NCBI RefSeq assembly: GCF_002571385.2
Contig: NW_019217797.1
Span: 861,856 to 925,855, forward strand
Reading direction: 5' to 3'
DNA from: Stylophora pistillata
Lineage: Eukaryota
DNA length: 64,000 bases
Below, one piece after another: positions 38,234 to 51,200 of the stretch (positions are counted from its first letter, which is position 1; each line of letters opens with the position of its first letter). The notes beneath the pieces were generated by a model. That model searched no databases and was not told the origin of the DNA. It saw only the letters and a list, made by a program, of their open reading frames with translations. A program made the translations under genes and the position numbers.

Positions 38234-39260
38234 CCCTTGTTTTGATGGAAATCTACCAGGCGTTGCTTGAAAAAAAAAAAGCAGATAGAGTGGATGATAG
38301 TATTTAGTCGGGTCACCGCTGACAAGTTGTAAAACGCGGGCTAACTTGTGTCAAATTACTATCAAAGATCACCGGAAAGAAAATAAATATTTGCCTGAAT
38401 GTGGTCGAGTGACGGGTTTTGTGTTAGAAAATTTTTCTTTTCGAGTGATATTATCCTGATTGCAAAGGTACGTAGTGACTGAAATGGAAAAATTCTAGAT
38501 TCCATACGCTCAGTCAAGGTAGAGAAGATTTTGCTGGCTGTGTTTCTGTGGCGACAATCCTCAAATTGAAGATTTTTATCTTACTTAACATCACATCTGT
38601 TACAGATCGAAGACATATCTTGTTATGCATTTATGTTCAGTAAGAGATGAGTTTTAAACGTATCTGAAAGAATGGTTTGCTTTGCCTGAGTAACCTAAAC
38701 TGAATGAAAGCGTTACATTTGTAACGATTCAGTGTCCTTTCATCTCTAGTTAATTTTGCGGCTCAAAATGTGTCATGGGTCTTAGAATGTTATTATTCGA
38801 TTAAGCTTACAAAAATGGGGTTTGTCGACCACTGACGAATGTGTTATACACAATGCAATTTTGTACAGTTGATTTTTCAACTATTTCGTATTTACTTTTA
38901 ACATGTGGTAACATCTGATCTCCTCCATCAGTAATCATTACTTATATTATAATGTAAGATCAGATTGTCTTTTCAAACTTTTTATCTTGATTACAGACCA
39001 GACTTTATTTTAACTGCAATAAAACCTTTAAGGGTAACTTTTTCCTAGTAAGATTCTGTAATAGCAATCACAGACATTTGCAGAAAAAACATTTAATGTG
39101 ACATTCAATGTTTACTTTGTTTTTCCTGTGCGTATTTTCACAGGTCATGTGATTACCCAGTGAGTGACAAAGGGGAATTAAGCTCTGGGTCAATTGTCAA
39201 AGAACATTGCACTTGCATAATGCTCCTACTTCAATTTATAATTCCCTGGAACAGTAGATA

Positions 39261-42200
39261 ATGGCCTCTGCAGGTGATAGCAATGATCCAACAGATATCA
39301 ACGGTGTTTTGGAAAATTTGGGAAGCTTAATTGGTGAATTGGATGCATGTGTCACAGAAACTGGTGGAAAGGTTAGTACTGGTTCAAAGCCTTATTTCTT
39401 TCTGTCCAAGATTCCTTGTGGTCAGTCATATCCTCAGTGGTCTTTTAGGTTTAACTAGATGTTAGCCAGGAAAGTTATATGATACTCAGTATGTGTTACC
39501 GATAGCTCCTCAAGTGGAATAAATCCAGACCTAGTGGGTCAATACTACTTAATAAATATATCATGATCTCACATGTATTTGATTTAAATTTTGTCTTACA
39601 TTTGCTCAGTGTGTGGTGAAATAAAGGATACTCTTTTGCTCCTTATTGTCATGAGTTAAACTATTTTTTTTTTTTAAATTGTAGGCTGTTACCAGTGAAG
39701 TGGAAGACAATCAAAATTGTAAGTGTTGGACCTTTCACTAGAAATGTGCTTGATCATAGATGTCCTAGTAAGTTAAAAAAATGTGATTCTGTTTTCTTCA
39801 TTACAGTTGATGTACATTTGGAGTCCTTGCTAGCTGACACAGATGAGTTTGATGATGATGATGATGAGTATCAGTGTCTTATTCCTCATCAAAGATCATC
39901 TTCACACAGAACAACGACCAGTATCATCAATCACACTCATAACAAGAGCCCAATGGAAAGAGCAGTCAGTTCAACTCGTACTTTCCCCCAACAATCACTT
40001 AATTCAAACTCTGGCTCTATAAACAGGACACAGGAAAACCAGTACTCCACTCCACCAAATAGGAGTAGTCATAAGGGTGCTTCCAAAGAGGTTGCCCTTA
40101 GTGTAGAGTTGCATGGAAGTTTCAAACGAGTCGATGAAAGTTCAGTTACTGCTTCAGCTCAGAAGAATGCCACACCCAATCACAATGCAGCTCCCCATGT
40201 CAAAGCGCAGCCTAATCATTATGTTGGGCCCAGTGAACTTGGTTTTAATAGACACAATCCTGCAAAGTCTGGTGCTACGACAAACGGAATAATGCCCTGC
40301 AGTCAGCAACTCACAAAACAAGAAAAACATAAAATGCAGGTGACTAGTTTGAAATTATAGTCATTATATCAAGTTGCATTTGTTTTTTAATTTCATTGTC
40401 ATTTTTTCTCAAGACTCTTTCCCCTTTTATTCTTCATTCTTGACTAAATGGAGTGTTATCCATATCAGGTAAAACCAGATAAAATATGTTATTTAGAATT
40501 TACATCCTTTAACTGCTTAGAATCCTTGGCAACAGATAATGTGGTACAGGCAGTATATAGCTGAATGTAGGAGTTGTTTTTTTTATTTAAAAGGTCAGTG
40601 CAGTGTGATCCCAAATATTTTATCCATCCACCTACTTTTCTCTCCTTTTATTGATCCAATCATTGTTGGAGGTAGACTTGCTCACAAGTCGCGCTTCTGA
40701 GTGCGTAGCACGACAGTAAGCGCAAAGTGCAAGCGAGCGAAAGTGCGACTTGTTTCCCTTGCAGAGTTTCACATCAAGGGACGTCATTTTGGTGCAAACT
40801 TCTGCAAGCGCTGCCTGTCAAACTGTTAACATACTTTTTGCACCTTGCAAAATTGTTCAATGGTTTGGTAATAGAGGAGGAAACTACACCAACTAAAACT
40901 TTTATTCGGGTTGCTGTACCGGAAAACATTTGAAGAAAATCTGGAGTTACGGAGAAAGTTGTTTTCAGGGAAACAGAAGACCAAAACTTGTCAAAGTCTG
41001 GAGCTTCTTCTAGGAGATGTTTTTCCGCGAGACAACGAATTGGGAACTATTAAATTTGCCGAAACTGCTCGCAATGCAACGAAACGCAGACAAAGAAAAA
41101 TTTTCAAGTTAGGGCTAACTTTTCTGGACCAAAAGGAAGTCTAGGAAGCAATTTGCAAAGCTCTGTCAGGGTAAAGCGCTTAACAAAAGCTGAAAGAGCT
41201 GAGGTACCCGAACAAGGTGTGATTAGGCAAGGAGCTTCAACAAAGAGAAAAGCTTTATTTGCAAGTGAAACAGATTTAGCTTTGTCAACTGGAGAAGAAG
41301 TGACTAGTGCTGACCCAGATCTAAAACCTCTTCTCGAGACAAGAGATGCCTGTACGCAGACAGAGCCTTAACTCGCAAATACTGAAGAAAAGAGCTCAAC
41401 AGTGACGTATTAAAGTAAATTTCTCGCCTTTGAATTTTCACGACTATGTAGTTTGGCTGGATCTCGCATTATTAGCTAATCCAAGTGATTTGAAACTGTG
41501 AAGAGTAATATGCCTATTTTAAGAAAACACAACAAACTATAAAAATTAAAAATGACAAAATATACATAAACAAACAGCGAAGCTAAACACTCGAAGCAAA
41601 TTTTACCCAGACAGGTTTCATGTTTCAAGATCTTGCACGCGTGATCTGTTTGATTGAGGTGCGGTTTGATAAGGCTGCTTCTGATTGGATAAAATTACAG
41701 GAGGAAAATTCCTCCTGTAAATTTGGCACACTGCAAGGGTTAAAAGTCGTTCATGCGAGTCCTACCACACCAGAACAGAAAACCAAGCGAACAACTTTGA
41801 GAAAGTCTTATGTTGGAGGATGCCTGAAATGGGGTTCTGTGGCCTTGTTTTAGGAATTTACCAGCCATGATGGTTATATTCTACTTATGGACTGGTTATG
41901 CATATGAATACCCCAGTTACCCACTCTCCACTTATCCAGTTAAGTTAATTAGCAGCAAGTTTTCCATGTTTTTATTTTATTACAGCATGTAACAGTGGTA
42001 GTTTTTGATGAGGATGGCAATCCTGTTGGATTGGAAGTTTCATCCTCCATGAAGGCTCGTGAAGCCTGTTACAGGTTAACAATGTTAAACAAAGTTGAGG
42101 ATGATCCTCAATGGGTGCTGACAGAATATCTGACGGACCTAGGCATTGGTAAGTTACATCAAGTCTGCTCGTGTTAATTCTCTCCCAAGTATGATTTAAA

Positions 42201-45200
42201 AAATTACTGAAATGAATAATAATGGTGAATAATTTATTATAAATACCTATGCCAAAATTAATGTTGGTCAATAGATAGATTAATAAAAAATTTCTAAAAA
42301 CAATTCTTGTAATATCAGAGTCATCCCTCTGGTGCCTTTTTATGATGACCAGTAACAAGTTCTGAGGAGTGGGTTGTTTCAGATATCACTGGTCAGATTT
42401 ACCAACACAGTGTTTGGCCATTTTATTGCTAGCTATCAAATGTCTTGCAGGTCCCAATGAATTCAATATAGTTAAAGCTGATAATTTTTGAGCCTTGCTG
42501 AACTCTATGTTTTTTTTTCTCTGTTATCCAGAGCGAACCTTAGAGGATCATGAAAATTTGATGTCCATATTGAAAACATGGGCACCAAGTTCAAACAACA
42601 AGTTGATGTTTAGAAAAGACCCTAGAAAGTACCATTTCTTCGCACACACAACTGTAAGTTGACTTCTATTTAATATAACCACATATAGGATTATTACTAG
42701 AAAAAAATCAAAACGTTTTATTACACTAAGCCCCCAAGCTCTCACCACCTTATACAAAAACTGTCAATTAGAAATGGAACTTATGTTCAACTATTTACAG
42801 AATTATTTTCCATCACATTTGTTGGACTCTGAGAGTTCAGACAAAGCAGTCACAGAGAAAGCACAGAAGGCAAAGACAATCTTACAACAGGTAGATACTG
42901 TTCTGTATTTCTTGTACACAAATATTATTCCAGACTGCACCGTTGCATTGAGTAGACAGTTTCAAACTTCTGTTGCAGTAGTAATTTGATTTATTTTCAG
43001 TTTTAAGTGTATCAAATACTTTTTTTTTTGCATATTACCAATACCTCCAGTGTTTTTTCAGTTGCTTGTATATATATTGTACTGGGCCCAGTTGTTCAAA
43101 GGCCGATTAGCTCTAACCCAGGGTTAAATTTTAATCCAGGTTTCTAAATTTCTCTAATCAAAAGCCATTTTGGGATAATTTTTCCTAGTTTTTTTAGGAC
43201 ATTCCATCATCAAATTGTAGACAAATGAAATTAAGCTGAATTTTCTTTCAGAGCTTTCAGATCTGAAATCAAATTTCACACTAACCCTGGGTTATCTTAA
43301 CACAGCTTTGAACAACCCGGTCCTGGTGTGTACCTGTATCCATTTAGCTAACTAACTTCTTATTATGTAGGGTGACGTGTAATCTTTAAATGAGTGAAAT
43401 AAAAAAATGGTAGAAAAATTGAGCAGAGGACAACCTGACCATTATTGTAAATGATCTGTGATAATCAGTAAATATGAACCAATGAATCATCAGGTAAAGA
43501 TAAAAACCATACAACTTAAACAGGTCAAGACTGAATTAATTGAAGGTTGTTTACTTAGTAGTGAGTAAAACTAGCACAAATATTGGGCTAACAGTACACA
43601 TAAACTATAGTGCTTTATCCAGATAAAACAAATGTGAAGAAACCCACTCTTGGATTCCTTTTTGTTTTCCCATAGAAACTCTTCAGTACCTGTACCAGAG
43701 TTCCAGAAATAGAGGGGATTTTACATTGCAAGGATTTTGGAAAGAAGTCATGGAGCAAGAAATTCTTCTTCCTGAGAGGATCAGGGCTTTATTCTTCCAG
43801 TAAAGGAAAGTCAAAGGTATCACTCACATATTGAAAGCATTGCCTGTTTAAACTTTAATATAATATCTCAACTCATCATTTGAAAAATCATTGTTCAATA
43901 TCTTGGTAGAAAGTCTTCTCCCAGCAAACCCCAAAATTAATGAATGGATGTTCTTTGAAAAACTTTAGAATTCTTCCCTTTTTACTTTTCATGAGACCAT
44001 GCTTTTTATTTTTGTGGATTATTTGTTTTTCAACCAGTAGTCAGAATTATTAAAGCTGTATTTTAAGTAATTATAAATGTAAAGATTAAGTTTTTTTCAT
44101 TTTATTAATTTGTTGACGATAAACTTGGTGTGGCTGAAATTTTCTGCAAAATGTATCAGAAGTCTGTATTTTTTTTCGAAAATTGTCCATTCCAAACTGG
44201 GTTAGCAAAAACTCTTGGGAATATTTTCAGATTTTTTTTGTTACCTGTTTGCCACAACTTGTTTTTGCATATTCTACCACAACCTACTATTTTTCCATTT
44301 CTTCTTTCAGGCCTCTAAAGATTTGGAATGCTATGTTCAATTTGATGGAGCAAACTTGTACAACATTATAAATCCTAAAAAGTTTCATAAAGCGCCAGCA
44401 GAGTTCTGTTTTTGTATTGTGGTATGTATGATTAATTAACATCATTAAATCTCTGTGAGATAAGTTACCTTAACGAAGGGCTTTAGTGGCTCCAAGCAAC
44501 GAAACCAAACAAGAAATAGTACAGTGCTGTAGGACTTACCCTCCCCACCCCCTAGCCATGCTCTGTAAACTTTTCCTTTGTTGCACTTTCCTGCCAGCCG
44601 CACAGAGCCCGAGAGTTGAAGGAGCTGAAGTGTCTTTCCACTGATGATGAGAAAACAATGATGAGTTGGATGATGGCTGTCAGAATAGCTAAGGTTGGTA
44701 ACATTATTTTGTTACAAATGTTGCGTGCAAATTATTAGTTGTGTTTGTACTTTGACCCAATGTAGCCCGTAGTAACGATCCGTTTAAACTCAATTTCTAA
44801 ACTATGACGCTCCTTTTTTGTCATATGATGAAAGATGGCGTCAACACTTAACTAAGATCAATTTCAAAGTCGTTGACAAAGCAGGCAGAGGACGAAAAGA
44901 AACATAATCATGTCAACGATTTCGATATCGAGGGACAAGTTATTCGCACTGCAAACTTCATTTTCAAGAGCAGTGGAGCTATATGACAAGACTAGTCTGG
45001 CTGATTCTCTCTTTCTCACTGATCTGGACGGTGTACGATAAACTGTGTTCCATGGAAGGCTGAAATGTCACACGACATCGGCGGCGCTTATTTGGTTGAC
45101 ACATTGAAATTGAAGTTATTGCATGGGTCATCGGTCTCGTTGGGATGAGTTAAACAGATTATTAGCAGATGAACAACATTTTTTGAGCAACATGAGAAAT

Positions 45201-48200
45201 TCTTCCTTTGGGGAAAAACACGCGAGATGATTACTTAGCCGTGAATTGAGGCCGGATATCTTTCTGCTTGGTGGCTACAGGTCGGTTTTTCACTCATAAG
45301 GTGAACCACACGTGTTTCTTTTTTTTTTTCTTTAAAGAAATTTGTGCATAGAAATCTTGATTGTCTGCCAATAACACGTACAGCTATTTTAAGTGCTACA
45401 CGGCAAACAAATCTTGGAAGCTACTGAGTTTTCTTTTGTGTACAAAGTTTGATGCCTGTACTCTAAGACATAACTTTGACCGAATTTGTTTTATTATTGG
45501 AGGATGTCATCTCATTCTAAAAGAAGTGAGCAGCAGTTCTATTTTAGGCGATTTCATTGTATTACCCTCTGTGTGAGAATAAAAGTTTTAAACGGTTCAA
45601 ATATCACCAAACAGGCTCTCAGAGAGCAGTGTGATACGACAGTGCTGGTTGATCGTTGAACTGGGTCGAAAGTGTCCGAAACTGAATTGGGAATTGAACA
45701 TAATTTGTTTTAAGAAGCGAAATTGATCATGTTTGTAACACATGCACAGAGGTATTAAAGCGATAGAATTTTCTTTTTTTTTTTCAATTGAGCTGCGATC
45801 TCTTAGAGACAAAAGACTTAATCACAACAAAATATAATGTCTTCAATCGGACTTGAGCTTCCCTTAATTACCAAGAATATTTCCTTGAGTCTGAAGATCC
45901 GTGATGTGTATCCTTGAAGTATTGTTTTTATCAAATGAAGGTGCTGTGAACTAAGCTTCAGCTTGAGAAATATTAGAGCACTATTAGCGTATTTTGTTTT
46001 TAGATAAGTTTAGCATCACTCTTGCAACACTCAAATTGCGGTCATGTAAATAAAGCAATAGACCAATACTTGGTCCGACTGTTACGGAAGCGGAAACTCT
46101 TGTGGCTGCGCCAGGTTATTTTGCATGTCTCCTTTTAAGTTCACTGAAGCGTTGTTTTGTCTAAATAAAGAGAAGGGACAGAAATAAAGTCGATTTTATC
46201 CTTTTATGGTGAAAATGGTACTTTTCGCTCATTTATAGGCGTAGTTGCCTTTTTTTCTCCTCAATACTTTGCTACAAGGGTTAGTAGAGGGAACTAACAG
46301 TGATGGCGCCGGCTTCAGCTGTCACACTCACGGCCAGTTGGAGTTCAAAATTAATCTAATTAGGCTGAGTAAAACTTTCTCAATGTTGTCGGACGAGATA
46401 AAAGACTTTTGTAGCCTGAGCTGAGCTTCCTCATGAGTGACGTAAGACATATAATGCTATCTAGGGCGTTACGTGTTACATTTCAGTCGCCACTGTTGGA
46501 AAGACTCCATGGCAGCACAATAAACAGGAACTGGAATGTTTGTTAAGATTTGGCTGTCTTTACTTATTTTCTTTTTCTTTTTTTTTTTTTCTTTTCCTTT
46601 TTTGCCTCCCGTGTAATGTCGCTCTCTAGCAAACCTGGAGAGACACCGATTCTTCTTTAAGGCGAAATGTGGTCCGTATTTTGCTCTCGTCGAAATAAAA
46701 CATTAAAAATTCTGTCTGGCCGCTTTGTTATTTAGACACGTTTATGGCCGCTCTGTTATTTAGACACGTTTATGTGGGAGTCTCTCCTCCCACCTCGCCG
46801 CAGGAAGAATCTTGTTCGGTCACGTTATTCGGCTTTCGAGGATGATTATTAGAACTTCCTTTCTTCTCCAAACAAACAAATGGCACTGTTTCATTGATTA
46901 CTGAGTGTGCGGGAAACCACTAACGTCGTTATTGAAGGTTACTGCTGCGGCGCGCAATCGGTCAGTTTACTTGCTGTCGGTGCCTCGTGAAGTTCTGTCC
47001 ATTTCCCGCATGAAAATGTGAGTGGAATGATGATAAGGTGACCTCTCATTGAACTTTCCATCTATTTTCATCACGCGACGTCATATAGGTTTACTTGCCG
47101 ACTTTCCGTGTTAAACAGACCTCTTATAATTCTCTGTACCTCAAGTCGATCCACTCACAATTTGTATACCAGTGTAGTCTGTGTTGGCATACTCATTACA
47201 TTCGAGTGTTTCGTGAAGTTGTGTACAAGCACTATGGAAGTTGCCGATCACAGTCGAAGAAGCTTTCGGCTAAAGGTAGCAAAGGATTTTAGTGATTTTA
47301 AAAGATAACACAGCTCTTCTGTTACTCTGTTCTCTGTTTTGGTGATTATTACTCTGAAACCTTAATGTGTGTAGGATATAGGCTCTATAAGAGAGGGGAA
47401 TCTCGGAGGAACTTTAAAAACAGTTTTCTTTCTAGCCATGATGTCAGTTTTATGCGAAGCCTGTTCGAGGCGTTTAGTTCATTATTCCACAGGGTCGTGC
47501 CTTTTCGACTTTACTATCGGTTCTGTCTTAAAGTTTCGTAGCTCTTTCTCTCTCGTGCAAAACGTCGCAGGCCAGCCCTGTTTATCTGCTCGTAGCTGTC
47601 TTCTGAGACTAGGCGGGCAAACCTCTGAAAGTAAGGATGACTACTCCCTAACATGTAGATAAATTAAACTGCAGGTTTCAGTGGATAAGTAAGGTACTGT
47701 AACCTGCTTATGGGACATCTTTTGATGTTGCCGTTACTTTCTACGGCGATAGCTTCGTTCTCTTGTAGTTCTTTGTTTTCAGTAAAATTCACAAATCTGA
47801 GTTTAAAAAGGCGTGTTTCGATTTGCACAGACTTAAGGTACAAGTAGACGGCGCCATCAAAACGTTTATAATGTTTATTAGTCAGTGTTCACCACGTGTG
47901 TGTCGTAGTTTTCATTTACAGTTGTCTGTTAGAGAGAAGTTATGAAAACAGATTTAATTCTACACTCCTTAATCCGGTCATTATCCTATCGTGCCTGTTG
48001 TTAGTGTTTCCTTATCTGTCGCGAGACAGCTTTGCTCGCTGGTCACCCTCCTACGTCAGGAGTATGACGTATGAACTCATTTACCCCTCGTTACTTCAAG
48101 ATATTTATTGGACCCTCCAAACTCTTTCTCAACTTATCGTTTTTCCTCTTAAGATAAGAAACTGAGATATTTTCAGATAATTTTCTTGAGCTAAGAATTT

Positions 48201-51200
48201 CTGCATTATTTGGCAAGATCCACGATAATTGTCGTTCGAATGTCTTCAACATAACTGATGACTGTCCCACTCCAAGAAAATCTCATTGTGCAGTTTTTAG
48301 TCTTTCTGTGTAGTTTTAGATGTTGGTGTTGTATGTTATTACAAGCAAGCAGTTATTGAAACTCCAGAATAGTGGTAGAATCAATTCAAGCATAACCTGA
48401 AACATGCAAATTATAAAAAAAGGAAAGAAAAGGACAGTGTATAAATATATATTATTGTTTGGAGGTTAATGGAGTGTAACAGATAGACATCAAAGGAAAT
48501 TTACTAGACAGGCCCTAACACGAACTTCTACAATGATTTCTCTTAGTTTGGACCTCAACTCCGCCAAAATTACGACGACATGATACGAAAGTTTGCCAAG
48601 CTAACGAAGTACCGTGAACAGAGTTCGGAAAGTCAGGTAAGTTGTCTGTTTGTCAGAAGTATTTTGAAACGATCATAACTTTCCTTTACGACGTCTGCAA
48701 GACTAATTAAAAAAATCTGACTCTAGTTCAGCTTCCTTTTATTCGCTAAATGTACATTGCGCTTAACGTGTAAGGTCTTTTTTAAAACTCCAATTTGAGT
48801 TTAACACATTTTATTGTTTTGGAAATGGCCCAATGTCAAAGTAGTCTTTAATTAAGATGTAGTTCTTTTTAATTAGCAGCTTATTTGCCGCGGCTTTTAA
48901 TCAGCGAAAAAGCATTGTTATCTTCTCGGCTTTATGCAAGTACAGATTTAGCCTTAAGAAGTTAAACAAGTAAAAGATGGGTTGACCAAAGTCCCTAACT
49001 AACTATGGGTTGACGAATGTCTTAAATTACCAGTCCAGTATCAGAGAATATGATTCAGCCTGTCCGCATTGCTGCACATAGTAGTATTGATTACACGGTA
49101 AATATATGGCTTTTTCTTCAAGCTGCGGGTAGTAATTCCCTAAGGAGTTGCTGCAAAGATTGCAGTATTTATTAATACATTATTGTGATACTTCAATAAA
49201 ATTGCATTTCATACCATTCTAGTCATTGTAAACTCTTATTAAAGAGATCTCTGTGCTCAATTAGTCGGTAAAAGCTGTTAGAAATCGTAAACTGATATGG
49301 TTTCCATCCTTGGTCTTCCCTTCTCCATAGAGTAGCTAGTTGACGTTTTGGACAAGTGATTTTGTTGTCAAATGGCCTAGAAAGTCTTCGTTTACATTAG
49401 TAACTCTTGCAAGCACGCACACTGAACAGGCACCACACCTGAGATTAGTTTTTTGGACGCAAATGGCTAAAATTAGCCTTATTAAGAAGTAAATAGCTCA
49501 ACAGAAACGTGAATTCTTATTCTAAATTAGCGCTCGCGAGTGATCTTCCTTCCAATAACAAATATTACAACAGTGGTGTTGACACGGACGATACTAATGA
49601 GATCAGTGTCTGGTTGCAAACCTTTAGATCAGGTGTTGTTTTCTTTCATGCGTAGTCTTTGACAACGCTTTTTGGAAATATTTATCCGTCTAATCCCATA
49701 CTTTTCTCTAATAAAGCTGTAGCCCAAAAGGCAATGTATTGTTTTCGCTATTGTTTTAATTATTGAAAACTGTATGCATAATGAAGTATGAGGTTGAGCT
49801 GGGCTGTGCCGAAATCTTGCCGGGTTTTCTTTTTGCTCTGCCATTATTTAAAGCGTTTTAAACTTAAGCGAGTTTTAATCAAATAAAACGAAATCTGTAG
49901 TTAAGTAAAGAAAACAACGAAGACTATGCGGTGAAATTGATGTTTCTCACGCTAAAATGTATAAATATCTTCAATATATTGGAATTGAATACGCTGGAGC
50001 AAGGTTTCATGTCATATCCCGCTTGTTTTGAAATGAAAATGACGTTATGTTTGAGGTATTTCCCTCCAAATATTGCCGCGGTGTTCACATATAATAGGCA
50101 CTAAGCCCTAGAAATGTTGGAAAACTTTTCTTTTAGTATCTTTTGATGTCCTGTGCAGATAATACGGACAAAGACAGAAGGCTTTGTTTTGATCGCTCGT
50201 TGGCTTAAATTTCTTTCCGAAGAAAACTTGCGAGAACTGATAATTCGTTTTTCTCCCAGTCAGAGATATATAATTGTGCTATTCAAGGTAATTATTTGTG
50301 GTTTATTGATTAATTCCTTATGCCTAGTCTTTTCATTTTGATTTCTTATAATAGAACATACTTTTATTATCTAAATATATCAACAAAGTTGAAATGGTAA
50401 ATTGGCCACCGTTACGATTATAAAGGCTGTCGTTTCGGCGTTAGCCCTTCGTTGGAGCGAATTGGAGAATCAATTCTCTAATTCGCTCCGACGAAGGGCT
50501 AACGCTCGAAACGTCAGCCTTTATAATCGTAACGGTGGCCAATTTACCATTTCAACTTTGTTGATGTATTCAAATTATTTCGTTACCCCCACCGACGCAG
50601 CCCCAAACAGTTTCTTTAGAAACTATCAGCCTTTATACTTTTATTATCGTTCTGTACTTTAATTGTTGTACTCTAGGTATTCAAAGTACAGGATTTCATG
50701 AAATGATTAGATATTTTTCTTTCGATTTTCTTCTCGAGCGATCGCTCTTTGGTGACGGGAATGACTCGCTAGGAAAGTTTGAACCTTAAGTTAATGGAAA
50801 ATCTCAGTTTTAATGTACTGAATGGAAATTACTTAAGAGAATTGAGTTACGGTTATTTTCTTGGCCAAGATACGTGTTTAAACCTTTGGTGTTTCTTTGG
50901 CCGAACGTTAGGGTTCTCCAGGTGTTTTTGTTTTGTTTTTTTTGTTTTGTTATTTGTTAACTTTTGAAATGATCGACAATTACTAATAGCAGTGCAGTAT
51001 CAGTTAAAGCTGACAACTTTGAGAAGCTGGGATCTGTTAAAACTTTCAAAGATTCTGAGATGGGGCGCAAACTTCCTCAAATCAAAACCTTTCTGGATTT
51101 GATGCGCCCTTTGCAGATGTTTATTAGCTATCAGAATTCCCAAGACGTTTTGTTTGGGAACCAGCGTGGACCCCAAGTGTCAGGGAACGAAACCTTCGAC

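Noticed and set aside
43817-43825. Possible U12-type donor GTATCACT
   Set aside because: It does not match RTATCCTT, and no clear U12 branch site precedes the acceptor.
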